Source: Lentisphaeria bacterium (GTDB taxonomy: Bacteria; Verrucomicrobiota; Lentisphaeria; JABSQK01; JAWLHB01). Taken from it: a DNA stretch of 64,000 nucleotides. Both the position numbers and the translations under genes were made by a program. The DNA is taken from the NCBI GenBank assembly GCA_041690595.1, contig JAWLHB010000020.1, forward strand, positions 62,001 through 126,000. The letters run 5' to 3'. The notes under the pieces are model-generated. The model was not told the DNA's origin and did no database searches. It saw nothing but the letters and a program-made list of their open reading frames with translations. Below are positions 62,004-64,000 of the stretch, piece by piece. The stretch's first letter is position 1. Each line of letters begins with the position of its first letter.

Positions 62004-63421
62004 TGACCATCCTCTCCTATCTATCGCTCGATGAAGCACGCCAGCAGCTGGTGCGTGACCTGCGCGCCGCCATCGGCCGCGACCCGGCGGCCAGCATCTG
62101 TCGCGCGGAGGTAGAGATTGAACCCGTTGACTGCCTGCCCTGGCTGACGGCCCAAGGTGCCGATCACTCCATGTACTGGTCCGACCGCATCAACACCTTC
62201 GAAGTTGCGGCGACCGGCGAGTGCGATCGCCTCTGGTATCCGGATCGGGTGACGGTCGAGGAAGTCTTTGCGGCGGTGCATGAGCGCCTCGACGGCAGTG
62301 ACCCGGAGGCGCGGTACTATGGCGGCATCGCCTTTGTCTCCGATGCGTGTGAAAAGCCCCGTGAAGAGAAGTGGAAGCCCTTTGGCGCCGCGCGCTTCTC
62401 GCTGCCGCGGCTTGAACTCATTCGGCGGGAAAAGCGCACCTTTCTGGCGTGCAACATGCGCGCCAGCGCGGCCGGTGGCTGGGAGGAGGAGATCGCTGCC
62501 AGTGAAGCGGCCTTGGCGAGCATGGTAGCCACCACGGCATCCGTACCGATCCTCCCGCCCCTGCACCTGGTCAGGCGCCACCATCAGCCGGAGATGGAGG
62601 GATGGAACGCGCTCTTCGAGAGGGTGGTGGACGCGCTGCGGAGCGGAAGCCTCGAGAAGGTCGTGCTGGCACGTTGCTCCACCTGCGAGCTGGATCGGCT
62701 GGTCACGCCGGCCGCCCTGCTGAGCCGCCTTGCCGCCATCACGCCCAACTGTTTTCATTTCGCTTTCCAGTATAACCGGGAGACGGCGTTCATCGGCGCG
62801 ACCCCCGAATTACTTTGTTCCCGCCGCGGCCGACATGTCTGCACCGAAGCCATTGCCGGGACCCGCCGCCGGGGTGTATGCGCGGCGGACGACGATCGCC
62901 TGGGGCATGAGCTTCTGACTTCGGACAAGGATCGGCGGGAGCATGGCTTTGTGGTCGATTCGGTCGAAGCGGCACTGGCGCCACTTTGTCATGCCGTGGA
63001 GCGTGACGCGGTGGGGCTGCTGAAGCTGGCGAACGTTCAGCATCTCTGCCAGCACATGAGCGCGGAACTCAATCAAGGTGCCTCGGATGCCGACCTGGTG
63101 GCGGCGCTCCATCCCACTCCGGCCGTGGGTGGCTGGCCAACCGACGCGGCGCGTGATCTGATCGGTGTGCTCGAGCCCTTCGATCGTGGCTGGTATGCCG
63201 GGCCCGTGGGCTGGATCGGCGCGGGGGGGCTGCAGCTTGGCGTCGGCATTCGTTCGGGGCTGCTCTCGGGCCGCAGCCTCAGTCTCTATTCCGGCGCGGG
63301 GCTGGTTCGCGATTCCGTAGCCGAGCAGGAGTGGCAGGAGATCGAAGACAAGCTCTCCTCGTTCATCAAGGGGCTGCTGCACTATCAGGGAGGGGATGGC
63401 GATGGAGACGGGGGAGCGTAA
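62003..63421 (+). CDS. menF: Isochorismate synthase
   Basis: KVVLAR, GATPELL, EAIAGT, KDRREH, LHPTPAVGG, RGWYAGPVG, GAGLV; adjacent to menD. Confidence 0.92.
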   Translation: MTILSYLSLDEARQQLVRDLRAAIGRDPAASICRAEVEIEPVDCLPWLTAQGADHSMYWSDRINTFEVAATGECDRLWYPDRVTVEEVFAAVHERLDGSDPEARYYGGIAFVSDACEKPREEKWKPFGAARFSLPRLELIRREKRTFLACNMRASAAGGWEEEIAASEAALASMVATTASVPILPPLHLVRRHHQPEMEGWNALFERVVDALRSGSLEKVVLARCSTCELDRLVTPAALLSRLAAITPNCFHFAFQYNRETAFIGATPELLCSRRGRHVCTEAIAGTRRRGVCAADDDRLGHELLTSDKDRREHGFVVDSVEAALAPLCHAVERDAVGLLKLANVQHLCQHMSAELNQGASDADLVAALHPTPAVGGWPTDAARDLIGVLEPFDRGWYAGPVGWIGAGGLQLGVGIRSGLLSGRSLSLYSGAGLVRDSVAEQEWQEIEDKLSSFIKGLLHYQGGDGDGDGGA

Positions 63422-64000
63422 CTTCCTGTGGGCCAGGCTGATGATCGAGGAGCTGTGGCGTCTTGGCGCCCGCTGCTTCTGCCTGGCTCCCGGTTCGCGC
63501 TGCACGCCGCTGACCGCCGCGGTGGCCATGCATGGCGGCATTCGATCCGTTCAGCATTTCGATGAACGCGGACTCGCTTACCATGCTCTGGGGCAGACCC
63601 GGGCGACCGGGCTGCCGGCAGTGCTGATCTGCACCTCGGGTACCGCCGCGGCCAATTTCGCGCCGGCGGTCGCCGAAGCTGCCATGGATCGGCTGCCGAT
63701 GCTCATGCTGACCGCTGATCGACCTCCCGAGCTGCGTGACGCCCAGGCCAATCAGGCCATCGACCAGGTACGACTCTTCGGCGGCTCTCTGCGCTGGCAA
63801 TTCGATCTGCCCTGCCCAGACGATGAGATGGCTCCACAGGCCGTGTTGACGACAATGGATCAGGCCTGGCGGCGGGCTCTTGGCCCCATTGCCGGCCCGG
63901 TGCAGATCAACTGCATGTACCGCCAGCCCTTTCTGCCGGCCCAGTTGCCGTCCACGCTGAACTTCTCGTGGGCCACCGATGGTCCCTACACGGTGCACCG
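63402..64000 (+). CDS. menD: SEPHCHC synthase MenD, 3'-truncated (absent from the ORF track)
   Basis: My translation gives METGERNFLWARLMIEEL..APGSRCTPL..DERG..CTSGTAAAN..TADRPPEL..ANQAIDQ..GPVQIN; GGAGG RBS. Confidence 0.93.
   Translation, partial: METGERNFLWARLMIEELWRLGARCFCLAPGSRCTPLTAAVAMHGGIRSVQHFDERGLAYHALGQTRATGLPAVLICTSGTAAANFAPAVAEAAMDRLPMLMLTADRPPELRDAQANQAIDQVRLFGGSLRWQFDLPCPDDEMAPQAVLTTMDQAWRRALGPIAGPVQINCMYRQPFLPAQLPSTLNFSWATDGPYTVH

Overview
High-GC bacterial chromosomal window, most consistent with an anaerobic, glycan-degrading member of the PVC superphylum, possibly Lentisphaerota. This is inferred from the DUF1559-type pilin-like genes, the MoxR/vWA/prenyltransferase-repeat cluster and the [FeFe]-hydrogenase. 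Layout: (1-15.06 kb) a MoxR-DUF58-BatA/vWA operon that also carries a prenyltransferase-repeat protein, an unclassified secreted TIM-barrel glycosidase-like protein and its partner; (15.06-21.03 kb) a 7-PAS hybrid kinase plus response regulator, bracketed by a 46-bp perfect direct repeat and preceded by a sigma54 promoter and a long hairpin; (21.0-22.6 kb) an orphan phage-type replication initiator with an internal 11-bp iteron array plus a DnaC-like loader, with no other phage genes; (22.7-42.7 kb) a glycan-utilisation region with duplicated GntR/LacI + pilin-like cassettes, a heparinase II/III-like protein, DUF4434, GH20, AGE epimerase, two more TIM-barrel paralogues and an EamA transporter; (42.9-47.4 kb) a multimeric NAD(P)-linked [FeFe]-hydrogenase; (47.7-49.4 kb) a third GntR + pilin-like cassette; then a cis-prenyltransferase, gdhA divergent from NrpR plus a PEP-synthase-like protein, a hybrid kinase, a degenerate Kdo-kinase-like gene, yajC-secDF and menG-menF-menD (partial). 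I saw no rRNA, tRNA, CRISPR array, integrase or transposase. All calls come from reading motifs by eye; no database search was run.
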